Below, piece after piece: positions 13,811 through 27,625 of a stretch of 64,000 nucleotides of DNA; position 1 is the first letter of the stretch; each line of letters opens with the position of its first letter. Under the pieces are notes generated by a model. It saw nothing but the letters and a program-made list of their open reading frames with translations. It ran no database searches and was not told the origin of the DNA. The stretch is from NCBI GenBank assembly GCA_013239625.1, contig MU053559.1:2772324-2836323 (forward strand), given 5' to 3'. The stretch comes from Lama guanicoe. Its lineage: Eukaryota. The position numbers were made by a program, and so were the translations under genes.

Positions 13811-14392
13811 GGGAATGGGAAAAAAAAAAAAAAGCCTAACTTCAAACCCTATAGTATACCTGTCTCAAAGTAAAATTACATTTTCATTAGGAAAGTATTC
13901 ACTTGACCTAACAGAAAAGTGGCAGCATAGTTAAACACCAACAATCCTTCACTCTAGCTCTGAAACAACCTGCCAGCTATTCTGTTCACTAAACACATTT
14001 GTAGAAAACAAGCATTAAGTCCATCCACTCCACATGAAAATGTTTACTATCATCAAATGGCTCAAATGGTCTTGCTTGTAAGAATACAGTTCTTCTTTGC
14101 TATAGATTTTTGTCTTTGGTATTGAGGAGTGTGGTATTTGGGGTGCTTTTAACTTCCTCAATGAGTAATAGCCTGGGTCAGCAACTTGGTACCATACAAA
14201 GGGACACATCCTGGGGGACTACCTTCAATTATTTAATTCACTTCACTTATTTCCAACACACAAAAAAATTTCAAATGAATAAAAAAATGTTTTATCCAAT
14301 GCTCAAGCTCATATGTGATCATTTCTCTGTGTTACTTACCTTTACAATAACAATGGTACAAATCAGATTTTTCATTAAAATATTTTCTAGCT

Positions 14393-14546
14393 TTATATAG
14401 CACAGGGAAATATATTCAATATCTTGTAATAGCTCATGGTGAAAAAGAATATGAAAATGAATGTATGTATATTCATGTATGACTGAAGAAATGTGCTGTA
14501 CACCAGAAAGTGACACAACATTGTAAACTGACTATAACTCAATTAA
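14393..14546 (+). mobile_element. Short cetartiodactyl-type L1 3' end
   Basis: tatagcacagggaaatatattcaatatcttgtaata...gtgctgtacaccagaaa...cattgtaaactgactataactcaat; same family type as the copies at 50870 and 54242. Confidence 0.8.
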
Positions 14547-14927
14547 CATTATATTTCACCATCACCCCCCAGCTAAAATGGAAGTTTTACAGTCAGGATA
14601 AAGAAGAGAAATGCTGAGTTTCTGTTACTTTTCCAGAATGTCCCATCAGTAGCTCACTTTCTACCATGGTAGAGCCTTTAAGGGCAGGGATTTTCCACAA
14701 GGCAGAACAAAATGGTAGTACACATGCAGGTGGTTATCAGTTTAACTGAATGGTCAATTTATTGATAATTTACACGGAGATACGTGAACGAACTTTTCCC
14801 ATTTCCAACTATTCTTTCTCATTGTTTAGGATGTTCATACGCTTACGGTTTCTTAGAAGTAAAAATGGTAATACCTTCGATAAACACAGAGTACAATTAC
14901 AATTATTTTAAGTACATATATAAATCA

Positions 14928-15065
<138 letters not shown>

Positions 15066-15719
15066 CTAGAAATAAAAAATACAAACATTTAAGAAACAGA
15101 CAAAACCCTAAAATGCATTTCCTTCCTAAGATAATGCATATAATCCTCCATTCAATTACTCAAGAAGTCGATATATTTTACTTCTACTTCAGACATAGCC
15201 AGTGCAGCATTCTTTTAAAATATCTAAGTATTTATTAAAAGAGCCACTAGTTACGGCTTAAGTGCTTTCCCTATCTTTAAAATGGAAATACTTGCCAAAC
15301 AAGATAATGTAAGAGCACTTTGATAACTTTATTCATTAGCCGTAGATGTAAATTTTTACTGTGGTTCCTGTTGCTATAAACCAATAATATCCATCTTTCC
15401 CACAGATGGGAAGAACTTTATTGAATTATGTAAGAATTCATAGACTCTCCAGAGTAATGAACAATACCTACCATTTATATGGAACAGCTACTTTTTACCC
15501 TAACCTCTGCCAGTTTAAATTACCATAAACTGCCTTTCAATTATTTTCTCATGATAAAACTTCAAATCCAGCAACTCCAACTATTCCTGATCTAACCCTC
15601 ACTCTAATACACACATATGCACTCACTCTCACTGTTTGTTCCCTGAAGAAAAAAATAACAGTATTTTAAGAATATTATTCTTTTTTGTAATCCAGGGGAC
15701 TGCAGGGGGAAAAAAATGA

Positions 15720-15906
15720 ATGATGGAAAGAACAGAATTCTGGAGTCTAACAAATTCCAGTTGTCATCAGCTACAGGAGATCTTGGGGAACTTATCCTCT
15801 CTGATTCTCTGGTTTAATAATGCTCAAAGGGCTGATTAAAGGATTAAAATTAGAAAACTTCTCTAAGGGTTTATTACAGTGCTTAGCACTCCATAGGTAA
15901 TTCAAT
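15720..15906 (+). mobile_element. MIR SINE
   Basis: ggaaagaacag...ctggagtc...atcttgggg...aggattaaa...acagtgcttagcac. Confidence 0.6.
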
Positions 15907-17344
15907 TGTTTCTCTACCTTCTACTTAGGTAGGATAAGAGGAACTAACTCTTTCAAGATTGTTTCAAGCATCCCAATAATTCTGTCAAAATTTCCCTGCT
16001 AACAATTTACTCTACAATGTTGTTATGTATTACTGTGTCCTGGAGTCACTAAATAAAGAAATACGTATGGTTTCTCAAATGTCTGAGTACACTCTCAGGT
16101 TTGGTGTCTACCAAGAAAGGAACTAGAAGAGTCTCCATTATCAAAAAATCCTCTCACCACCGCTTCAGGGGCTTTTGATGAGTAAGAAAATGTAATGTAG
16201 GGCAGAGCACCCACTTAAATGCCTTGCTTTTTCCTCTCCTGTAAAATATAGAGCCTTTGATGAAGAATTTCAAAATGTGTATCTTGTATTTTACCTATCC
16301 AAAGCACATACATAAATACTAATCAAGGTTGGGGAAGCCATCCTAAACAAGGTGAATTCTGGGATGATTCTACCAGACATAAAATCTAATATTTATTAAA
16401 AGGACTGTCTTCAGATCTTATTCCACTCTTAGCTATCTAAATGTGCATATGTACCAAATCACAATCACTGAAAACTAATCATTCTGCTTCCCTATAATTA
16501 AAAGTCTGAATGCTACAGTGATGTCTCAGAAATTACTATAATTTGGAGGCACGAAATTTCAAGATCCTCTTTATTTAAGTCATATATAATCCTATCTGGC
16601 AGATGGTGAGAGTACAAAAATATAATTTATTTCAGTGCTTTTTAATATCAGAGAAATTCATAAAATTATTGGGCTATAGTATGACAATTCTTAATTTTAC
16701 ACTAAATAAAATGACTTTTGAAAGCTAATAATGGCTTTGTAAGTAAAGTTAGTTATTATGTTTGTTTTTTAGACTCAGTAAGATATTAAGAAACTCTTCA
16801 TACTCCTCTTTGATAATTTCTTATGGCTGATTTGCATTAAATTTACAAGCAAATATGCTTTCATGGTGAAAAAGGATTCAAGATACAAACATGAAGAAAT
16901 TTTCTTTAATCATCTAAACAAAAAGATGGCAACATCCTATACTTCCTCTTAACAAGATATCATGATGCCACTACCATGATCATCTATTGCCTAGCTTCCA
17001 TTTCCAATAAAACAAAGGAACACATATAAAATGAATACTATACAGAACTCTGATCATCAGGAAACCTAACACCAGGTAAAAACCAGAATGGACAATTCAC
17101 CTACCGATATACTCAGGCTTAATCAACAAATTCATAGTAATTTACAACAAAGTCAGCATGTACCTACCAACTAATGTTGATGATCAAAGATAACGCTGAC
17201 AGAGCCAAATATCAAACGAGATGAAGAGGACCATTTCTATTCTTACAAATATTATTTTTAAATTAGTAAGCTTTCCTCCAGGAATAATCCTACCTTTAAC
17301 TGTAAGGATAGTCAAAAACTTAAATGAAAATCACTTGTATCTAG

Positions 17345-17540
17345 ATCATCATCATTCAATAGAGCACCTGCTGCAATGACAAAATAAAATGTTCTATAAT
17401 CTGTGCTGCTCAATGCAGCAGCCACTAGACACATGTGGCTATTGAGCACTTGAAACATAGCTAGTGCAAGACAACTGAATTTTCAAATTACTTCATTTAA
17501 ATTCGTATTTATATAGACACACGGCTAATGGACAGTGTAA
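17345..17540. mobile_element. hAT-Charlie MITE (MER3/MER33-like)
   Basis: gcagccactagacacatgtggctattgagcacttgaaa...gctagtg is the diagnostic MER3-type core. Confidence 0.75.
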
Positions 17541-18949
17541 ATTAATTTTTAAAGCTTAAAAACTGAATATTCAACCCATATGGTAAATATTAAGAAAGCA
17601 AAATTTCTGGTTTTTAATAAAGATGAAAAACCAATAAAAATAATGGAATATCTTGCACTGGGGATGAGCAATGCCCTCCACCGAAATCATTTTAAATCCT
17701 ACAGTTGTTTATAGTTAGTGGCTTACACATCTATAATCCTTATCGCCTACTGGGGGAGGAAGGGACACTGGGAATGAAAATAAACAGTTAATCATTAAAT
17801 ACTAGAATCAAAGGAGAATAAAGACTCTCCCAGCTAGGTAGAGAGACTGTCTTCCTCCCATTACAGTGCCATTTTCCACAATATTCAATATAATTTGTTG
17901 CTTTAATTATTTGAAAAATCATTTATCTCAGAACAGTAATATTATCATTACTATTTCTAAACCTTGACAGATAAAATTTAGAGCTCATGAACACAGACAT
18001 GGAAATAATTGATTTTTTAACTGTTAAGCATTGAAGTCCTTTATGATAAACTTGGTCAGTGCCTAGCTAATATATGAAACTTGTTAATATTTTAAAATTG
18101 TCAAGTATAGACAACATCTAAACAAACGATTTTTTCCCAATTTGAAAACTTAACTGGGTGATACTACAAATAGTAGAGAAAAACTAATGTAGATTTAAAT
18201 ACCTCAATGTTTTTCTTTTCTTCCTCTTTCTGTCTTTCTTTCTTTTTAATGCCTGCCCTGAATGCCCAAGACAAAATCTCAACACAGTCCTAGTTTGGTG
18301 ACTCCCTTTCTGAAGACCTTCCTCTTCTATCAGGCTCTCAGATGCTTACTGCCTCCCTATTAGCTCTGTAAGGGGTAGGGCCATATCGCTACCCAGGATC
18401 ACACGACGGGGGCTTAATATATATTTTCTGAATTAACAAAGCAATGGCACGTCATTATTTTAGGTTTTCAAATAACCCTCTCTTCTTTGTCCTAAATTTC
18501 CATTTCTTAAGAGCTGCAGCAAGGCAGGATGCTAAGGATTAACCTTTGTTATTTAAAATCATTCCTATTAAGATGTAAGTCAGTGATGTTTGAAATGAAC
18601 CAACGGTTTTAAATGAACCAAAACTTTTAAGTGGAATATAATAAAAGCCAAGCATACAGTTCTGCCCATAATTCCTAAAAGCCAGCCACAGACATACAAG
18701 ATGGTTTAGCAGCTGACTACTTACAAAAGATTAAAGGATTTAAGCAGACTACAGTTCAACATGTCATCCATGAAATATGGCTACTAAACATGTATTCATG
18801 GCCCAAGTTAATGAAGCATATTATACAAATCAACACCAATAATCAGCTCACCAAGATCTGCTCTTCTGACTGCCACATTTCAACAGGTGGTAACAGACAG
18901 AAGGCAACAAGTTTGGTAAAGGATGGAGAAACAACAATGTGAAAATTAT

Positions 18950-19150
18950 TTTTAACAGAGTTTAGCTGAGGAGATTCATCAGGGAATGCTTTAGCTTTAC
19001 TCAAATATTTAAAAAGCTGTCACTTAGGAGAGAAGATTAATTGCACTTTGGGTAGCTCCAGACATCAGACCAATGAGTGGATATAACTTACAAGTAAGTT
19101 TAGTTCTGTTCAACTAGAAAGAAGAAAAACTTAAATATGCCAAAAATTAA
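18950..19150 (+). mobile_element. CR1/L3 LINE 3' fragment
   Basis: gtttagctgaggag...caaatatttaaaaagctgtca...gctccaga...gaccaatgagtgg resembles the L3 consensus. Confidence 0.6.
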
Positions 19151-19989
19151 ATGGGTCATCTTTCTTTGGCTCATATCAATGCAAAGAATTAAAGCATAAA
19201 TTACTATTTTAGTGTAGAAATGAGACTTCTTACTTTAGATACAATTCTGAGCTGCATTTTTAAAAGATTCCCTGGGCTTCTAGGACATAAGCACACAATG
19301 TGTAATATGTATAACACATACCTACAAACAAACACATGTGCATATATGTGAACACATCTCTCTTGACTTAATTCCATGATTACAGTTTATTCACTTTGAA
19401 TTTCCAGAATTTCTAAATAAACATACTATCTTGACCTGCTCCCCCAATACCATAAAAATATCTGCATCATTAAAGTTGATATCCCTCCCAAAAATATGCC
19501 TCATAAATCAGAATTCTTCCACTTTTCAGACACTCATCAATGCCTTTGCCTGACCACTTTTAGAACACCTCAGGAATCAGAAAGGGTAGAAGGTACCTGG
19601 GTATAAACCACTTTTTTTGAAATTTCAGCAAACCATTTTTTTTAAATGAAAGAAGAGTTAAACATACTTAAAATGATAATTTTAAGTACTGTTGATTCTT
19701 AATGACATATATATTCCTGCACTTACATATCAGACTTCCATACTTTTCATTTACTTTTTTTGAAAAGTTATAATTTATATCTCACAAATTCTAAAGGGTA
19801 TGTAGTAAAAAGCCTCTCTCCCAATCCTGGCCCCAGCCACCTAGTCCCCTTTCCCAGAAGCAACAAATGGAAAAAATTCCTACTATATTCAAGATTATTT
19901 TGTGCAGATGCAAGCACATGTATTTTTCCACTTTACTCTTAATATTTACATATTTATATAAACACTGTTCTGTAACTCGCTTCAGATTC

Positions 19990-20320
19990 TAGGTCTCCCT
20001 GATATTCTTTCTCCTCTCCTTTTCTGTTAATAGAGCCCTTAAATTTAATTAAGCATATGTTTACACAGAATAAATACTGGGATCCCCAGCCATCCTTGTA
20101 GGTGTGGCCTGGTGGTTAAGTTCTGGTCAATGGGATAGAAGGAAAGGACACGCTCTGCTTCAACCCCTGCCCCTCTAGCTGGAATCACCTAGATGGTAAG
20201 CTGAGGATGGACAGTAGGAAAACAGAAGCCCAAGCTCCCAGAACAGAGTCCCAGAGTAGCCCGGAACTGACTGCCTCTGAAAATTCTTTTGTTTTATATA
20301 AGAAATAAATGAATATGCAG
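19990..20320 (+). mobile_element. MaLR LTR (MLT1J-like)
   Basis: cccagccatccttgtaggtgtggcc...taagttctggtcaatggga...gaggatgg...gactgcctctg...agaaataaat. Confidence 0.6.
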
Positions 20321-20769
20321 CCCTCTTTCCTCATTTTAAAAACAAACAAACAACAAAAAAAGCAACCTAATGAAATAAATCATTAACACATACCAAAGGA
20401 TAAAGGGAAATAAAAAGAAATCTAGTTAACTGTCACCCATACCTAACATTTTAGAGACGAACTTACCCATCTGTTACTGTACCCTATCTCCCTCACTCCA
20501 ATTTTCAACTAATATACATCTTTTATATCACAACAAAGTCAGTTAACAAAACTGAAGCCTATCAGTCTCGATCCTAGATTTCTCAGCCTCTCTGGACTCT
20601 GCATTCAGTGGATGTGCTGAATCCTAATTCAAGCATCATTCAACAAACTATCACAGGACCTTAAGTATCATTCTTTTCAAATAAACTATTGAAAACGATT
20701 TGCTATTGCACAACACTCTCACAGAACTACACTACTGAAATCAAGCTAGATAATGTCATAATTCAAGTG

Positions 20770-20992
20770 CTGATGGCTAACATCTGAGCTCTTGAAACAT
20801 ACCAAGCACTATTCTAAGCACATTACATGTACTCATTCATTTAAGCCTCAATTACTCTATGAGATAGGAAGACCCTACTCCACAGATAGGAAAACTGAGA
20901 CATAGACAAAGTAAATCCTGTGTTCAAGGTCACAGAGCTACTAACTAGCAGAGGCTGGATTCAAACTGTTATGACTCCAGAGCCTCTGACCA
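20770..20992 (-). mobile_element. MIR SINE
   Basis: ccaagcactattctaagcac...acagataggaaaactgagacatag...caaggtcacagagcta...ggattcaaa. Confidence 0.85.
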
Positions 20993-22582
20993 GTAAGGTG
21001 TTCAACTCAGGCCATGCCTAGAAACCTAAAGTCATCTCCAAGAAAGAAGAGCTCCATAAGCCGCTCTTCCTCTTACACTCCAACACACCAGCTCCTTCCA
21101 CAACTCCACCTCCACACCACACACAAAAGCAACACAGAAGACCGCCACTTCCTGTTCCCACCATTCCACAAGAAGATTTAGTCTCAGTTATTTACCATAT
21201 TTTCTCACCTTGCTTTATTTTAAATCATATAAAAAGTAACCATCAATATGATTCCCTCCCCTAAAAAAGACACACATCCAAAACAAAACAAATTAACAAC
21301 AAAACAAAAATAAACCAACCAAACCTCACCCCCAAGTTCCCATATTCAAAAGCTACCCATGGCAGAAAAACACTACTGCTCATATGTTTGAATGATAATA
21401 TACCACGTTCAGAGCAAACATGGTGTATATCTGAAAAATGGTTACACCCTACTTCTTTGTATCTTCTGAATTATCTCCTTAGTCTACCTAGTGCTGTAAT
21501 TTTCTCCCTTTAGTATTGGCAAAGAACGCCAAATACAGCTGCAACAAAACGAAATGAGGTTGCATTGTCTGACCCATCAACAAGTTGCTAGTTTACTACT
21601 AACCCTAAAGCCTTTACTGTTGATACATACAACCAAACGAACTAGTGAATTCTACATCGTCACACAGGCACACATACACATCTAGGAGCAACATTAAATT
21701 TCTGAAAATCTGTTGTGTCAAAATAGCTAAGTTATTTTCCAAATATTATTTTCTATCTCATGCTAAATGTAACATTGTGCAGATGGGGTATATTCAAGTA
21801 CATTATTTATAAAGCCTCATTCAAATTAAATATGTGAATTAAGTCTTGGATAATCTTAAAAAAGAATGTATATTTAAAATTTAGAGGCAAGGAGAGTATG
21901 AGATAGAATTTCAGCAGTGACTTCTGCGAATCAAGCCCAGAGTAATTCTACGATTTCCACATACAAAGGAGTAGGCTTTATATCCTATTTTTTTACCTCA
22001 TTTGCTTGCTACTCCACAAACTCTTTTATTTGTCTAGAGGTAGACAGAGACAATCTTACAAGTAATCATTCTCCCTGTCATTTCAGCTGTACACATTTAA
22101 TTCAGAGTTCCAGAAATATACAAACAGGGGAAAAAAAGCCATCTACAACAAAATTATGTAGACCAGATCTGGATGAAGTTTGTAAAAGATTATATACTAT
22201 GTCTGCTATAATCTGGATGCTTGCTATAATAATATGCAGTTCAAATTAATATCTTTCACAGCAAAGTATGCATTCACCTGCCTTATACACATTTCCAAAA
22301 TAATAAATGCACAAAAAATGGAAGGAGTAAGCACTTCTTGGGGGTGGGGGAGACATTACATTTATGACCATGAGCTCCACTGAAAATAATCTACTTTGAA
22401 TTCTACAACTTCTAATATATAGTAGGTACTTAGAATTTATTTATTAAATAAATGAACAATCCTAGAACTAGAAAAACTGCAACACAATAAAGGCCTCTCC
22501 CCAGAGATACTGCTTAAATTAAAAAAAAAAAAACTTTTTAAATCAATCTGAATACACACTTTCGGGCTTTTCTCTACACATA

Positions 22583-22723
22583 CAGTCAGCCTTCCATATC
22601 CATGGATGCAGAACTATCTGACATGAGGGTCAACTGTACTACATCATTTTACAGAAGTGACTTCAGCATCGGCGGATTTTGGTATCGGTGCAGTTCACTG
22701 ACCCAATTCTCCCTTCGATACTG
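22583..22723. mobile_element. TcMar-Tigger MITE (MER2-like)
   Basis: ta|cagtcagccttccatatccatgg...gacttcagcatcggcggattttggtatc...actg|ta, with TA flanks. Confidence 0.7.
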
Positions 22724-22739
22724 TATATACAAATAGTAC

Positions 22740-23425
22740 AAATCTTTGTATGTAGTTTTATAAAGCATTTCTTTCATTCTACATATCATTAACTGCTTAC
22801 CATGTCAAAGAATATAGATCTATATCTGAATTAACATCTGCATATCACTTTACTGAATGGTTGGTTAAATCATAATTTGTTTGTATTGAAGAGTACCTGG
22901 TTAACCAAGTTTTTACTATTATTATTACCCAATGAACAAAATTTGCTCAGTTTCTATTTCCTTAGGATAAGTTCCTCACAGTCAAATGGAAAGCACAATT
23001 TAAACATGTGACAGTCCCACTAGCAAAACTGAACCAATATAATTTTCCACCAACAGTGCTCATATAGTTCTTCGATTACTTTTTTCCAAATATTTATTGG
23101 CTAAGTTTATTACTTCTCTCATGAACTATCAACCTGTCCGTTCATTGTATACATTTCTCTATTGGATTATGAACAGTATTTTCCTAAATGGTTTGTCATG
23201 TATTATTTATATATAAAAGATTTTTATATAATGGTGTTCTAGAATACCTCTTCCCAGTTTGTATTTGCCTATGAATTCTTCAGAGTTTCTGATGTAAAAG
23301 GTTCCCTTATTTTCTCAAAACCTAACTAACCACCACTCCCTTTACAGTATATATGTTATGTTCAGAATCAGAAAATTCCCAGGTGTGACCTAATAAGCAT
23401 TCACCAGTATTTTCTTCTATTGTAA
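22740..23425 (-). mobile_element. Highly decayed L1ME-like fragment
   Basis: Weak similarity to the antisense L1 ORF2 end (tttctatttccttaggataagttcct, ttttccaccaacagtg). Confidence 0.45.
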
Positions 23426-24499
23426 AGAAGGAATCTAATTACATCTTTCTTTCCTGTGCAACTTTGTCCTGACCCAGCATGATTCAGGATAGGTAATTCT
23501 CCCATTTCTCATGAACTAAAGAACTTACTATACACACACAGCTGTTTCTGAGTTTTATATTCTACATCCAAAGCTTTTGAAAAATGTCCTTGGAATGGGT
23601 AATAGTAGTGCCGAGACAGACAACCCCTCCTAGGGCCGCCAGGCAAAAAGAGCCAAGGTGGCAAAGCAGCCTGAACCTCGCAGCCAGAGCTTAACAGTTT
23701 CTCCTGGTAATTAGTACAAACTATCATTTTTCCATGTGTGCCATAAAATAAAGAAGATATAAAATGAAAAGGATACTTCCACTTCAGGCAATCTGAACAA
23801 TCACTCTGCTGAAAACCAAAATGTCAGACAAAACACGGTGGTAGGGTGAATAAGATGGCATTGTTACTGTAAAATTGGCCAAGTTAGGAAGAATGGGAAT
23901 GAGGTGGGGAGCCAGTAGCACGGTGGTACCTAAGAGAGGCAGAGTTAGAGAGGGTACTGAAGCAACTTTTTGCATTGAGGACATCTGAAAGCCTGTGCGA
24001 ACCTGAGTGCTGGGTTTAGAGGCCTCATTCAGGAACAGAACACAAAGTATGGGTGCTACCCAAGAAGAGGAGTCAAATAAGACACTCTCCTCGTAACACT
24101 GTGACCTCAATGGGCTACATCTTCAATCCAAGTGTAAACTGAAATATGACAATAAAACATTTCTTTAAATTTTACTTTAAAACTGGTCTTGAAAGACAAG
24201 GAAAATTGCCCATCCAATCATGGCAATGATTGGAAAAGAAAATCTCGTGAGTATTTGTAACCAAAAGCCTGAATTCACTTGACCGGGAAAGAACATACAA
24301 ACTTCAGGCAAGAATTTATACTGGGTCCTCAAATAATAGCAATCCAAAGTAAAGGTCAAACTAAAGTGTTCTATTATCACATCCATTGCCTAAAAAAATT
24401 TCTACAGCTGCAAAGAAAATAAATTCTTCATATCCAAGTCACTAAACAAGGAAAGGAAAAAAAAGCAGGACACAGAGGGTGAGCAATATGTGGATACAT

Positions 24500-25320
24500 T
24501 AAAACGAGTATTGTTCAATGCAACATTTTAATCACAACAACTGTAAATGGAATAAATAAGAAAAAAAGATTATCAACAGATTTTAAAATTCACATTTATG
24601 CAATGCATTAGATATATCTAAGACATATTTTTAAAGTTCTAGAAATACTACACAAATACAACCAAGAGAAAGCTGTCAGTACCAGATATCATGAATTACA
24701 ATAAAAATACAGAAATAAAGAGAACTGGTGCATGAATACAAATATTTAGTAACAGAATACTAAACCCTCATGTGTATGGAAATGTATAACAAAAATGGGC
24801 AAACAACAACTTAATTAAAGTGGCAAGCCAATAGTTTATTTCTAAGGGGACAAAGAAGAAAAATAATTTAAAAACAAAAACATTAGATTCCTGTATATAC
24901 ACATACAAAAATCTATTTCAGGTGCTTTAAAGGCCTAAGTAAAAGGCAAAACTGTTTAAACCTTTGAAGAAGAAAACATAGCAAAAATGTCTTGGACAAG
25001 AGGATAGGGTAGGATTTCTTTTAAAATAGACCAAAAAAAATGCAAGTCATGGGGAGAAAAGGTTGATAGATTAATTCAACTACATCAATGTTTGGGACTT
25101 CAGTTTATCAAAACACAATAAAACCCACAAGTATAAAGGGCAAACTGGGAAAACACTTTCAGCATATATAGTGACAAAGCATTCGTATTCATAATATGTA
25201 AAACTCCTAAGAATCACTAAGAAAAGACACTCAATTAGGAAAATACTGGGGAAAATTTGATCTGTCACTGTGATCCACAAACTGAAAGAATGAGCAATAA
25301 AAAAGCAAAACACAACCAAA
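24500..25320 (+). mobile_element. Decayed L1M ORF2 fragments
   Basis: A-rich L1-like blocks (aaactgggaaaacactttcagcatatatagtgacaaag...actcctaagaatcactaagaaaagac). Confidence 0.6.
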
Positions 25321-27050
25321 TTACTTGCTGGTTAATAAAGATCAAGGGACAAAGAGCTGCATTACTCACTCCTTGGGTATGTCACAAGGGTTCATGTCTA
25401 CTAAGCCACTAGAAGATAACCTTGCTCCATCCTATCATAACTATAAATTTTTCCAATAATTTGAAAGACTTTTAACTCAGGAATTGAAAGAGTAAAAATA
25501 ATAAAGTATCAAGCAAATGAATATCTTCTATAATTAGTGCTCCACTAAAGTTCATCTAAAAAAAAGTCCTAAAAGGATACTTTACCAAAAATCTGAAATT
25601 AAAAGTAAACTGCCTTTACACTAAATACTCACATAAAATATTTTCACATAAAATATGAGAACTGACCATCCAAAATACTACTTGAACTCAACCTAAGTCT
25701 CTAATAAGATCATATTCAAATTTCTATTTTAAGTCAGTGAAATAACTATCAGCCCACCGGTCTCAAGAGAAACTCTAAATCTAGCTTCTCCACACAAGAC
25801 ATACATTTGAATTACTAGAATGACATACTTCTTGACATCTCAATCTTCCACTCTATACAGAATTTTGAGATTTAATCTCTTAAGACTTTGAACTTCTGCT
25901 TCCCACCAAGAGGCAGTGAAACGAACCAAATTTACTCCTGAATGAAATAACCAAAAAAACCCCACAGAAACTGTATGAAACAAAGGTTTCCAGAAACTGA
26001 ACATCAGACATGACAATAATCCTGGAGAAGGGGAAAACAAAGGATGTGAACCCTAAAATTATCCCAAGCTTATTGCCTAGAAACTTTTCAGGCTATAGCA
26101 CAGGTATGGAGAATTTTCTTGCCCGAATCAATGCAAGCTAGAATAAAGTAGAGCAACATTTTTACAGTTATTGAAAGGAGAATAAATTTGTCAACCTACA
26201 ATTCTACACTCAGTAACAATATCCTCCCCCAAAAAGGTGAAAGTACACTTCTTCAGATATGCAAAAGCTGAATGAATTCAATACAAGCAGACCTACAGTC
26301 TAAGAAATGTTTTTTAATTCTCAGGTGGAAGTACACTTATACCAGATGTAAAACTTTATACAGAACACGGAATGAAGACCACCAGAAATGGTAGCCGCAC
26401 AAGTAATTATAAAAGACATTTTCACATTTTCTTTTTTTTGTTTTTAAGTCTCCTTAAAACACAAGTGATCTAAAAATCTCCCGGGGTCGGGGGGAGAAGA
26501 ACACTCCTAGAATTAGTAAGTAAGTTCAGTAAGGTCACAGGACACAAGATTCACACACAAAGAAATAAAGTGTATTTGTATACAATAACAATGAGTAACT
26601 GGAAACAAAATTTTTAAAACACCATTTATAATGGCTCCAAAAACATGAAATATGTAGGTACAATTCTAACAAAGTATGTGCAGCAGAATCTATATGCTGA
26701 AAACTACAAAACCCTGATGACAAAAATTCAAAACAATTCAAATACAGCAACCCAAATAAGTGCAGAGAAGTACCATGCTCACGAATTGGAAGACTGAGTA
26801 AGATGAGGATTCTCCCCAAGATAATTTAGAGATTTACTGCAATTCCAATCAAAATACCAGCAGGAGTTTTTGGTAGATACAGATGGGCTGATCGTAAAAT
26901 TTACATCTAAGGCAAAGAAACTAGAATAATCAAAACAATTCTGGAAAAGAACCAAGTTGGAGGACTCACATGACCCAATTTTAAGACCTATTATAAAGCT
27001 ACAGAAATCAATTAAAACCATGAGATGCCACTACATACCTACTTAAATGG

Positions 27051-27480
27051 TTTTTTCCAGCTTTATTGAGATATAATTGACATATAGCATTGTATAAGTT
27101 TCAGGTCTTCAACACAATGATTTGATACACGTAAACATTACGAAATGATTACCACAATCCATGTCACAGAGTTACCTTTTTTTCTTTTTTCTTTTCTTTT
27201 TTTGCTGGCAAAAAATCGTTTAAAATCTACTCTCTAAGCAACTTTCAAGTATACAATACAGTACAGTTCATAATCACCGTGCTGCACATTACATCCTGAG
27301 GACTTATCTATCATAACTGGAAGTTTGTACCTTTTGACTAACATCCCTCCTGGCAAACACCAATGTACTCTGTGCTTCTGAGTTTGACTTTTTTAGATTC
27401 CCATGTATAGTTACATCATACAGTAGCTGTCTTTCTCTGCCTGACTTAATCCACTTAGCATAATGCCCTCAAAGTTCATG
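27051..27480 (-). mobile_element. L1MA9-like 3' end inserted antisense into an older L1
   Basis: cagctttattgagatataattgacat...aaaatctactctc...actggaagtttgtacc...cacttagcataatgccctc. Confidence 0.85.
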
Positions 27481-27625
27481 AAATTTTTTCATTTGAGATA
27501 TAGGTAGTATACAATATTATATGACAACATAGCGATTCACAATTTTTAAAGGTTTTAGTCCATTTATGTTTATTATAAAATATCAGCTATATTTCCTGTG
27601 TTCTACAATATATCCTTGTAGAGCT
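27481..27625 (-). mobile_element. Second antisense L1 3' end (same type as the 3'UTR at about 1380-1465)
   Basis: The reverse complement tacaaggatatattgtagaacacaggaaatatagc closely resembles 1411-1445. Confidence 0.7.
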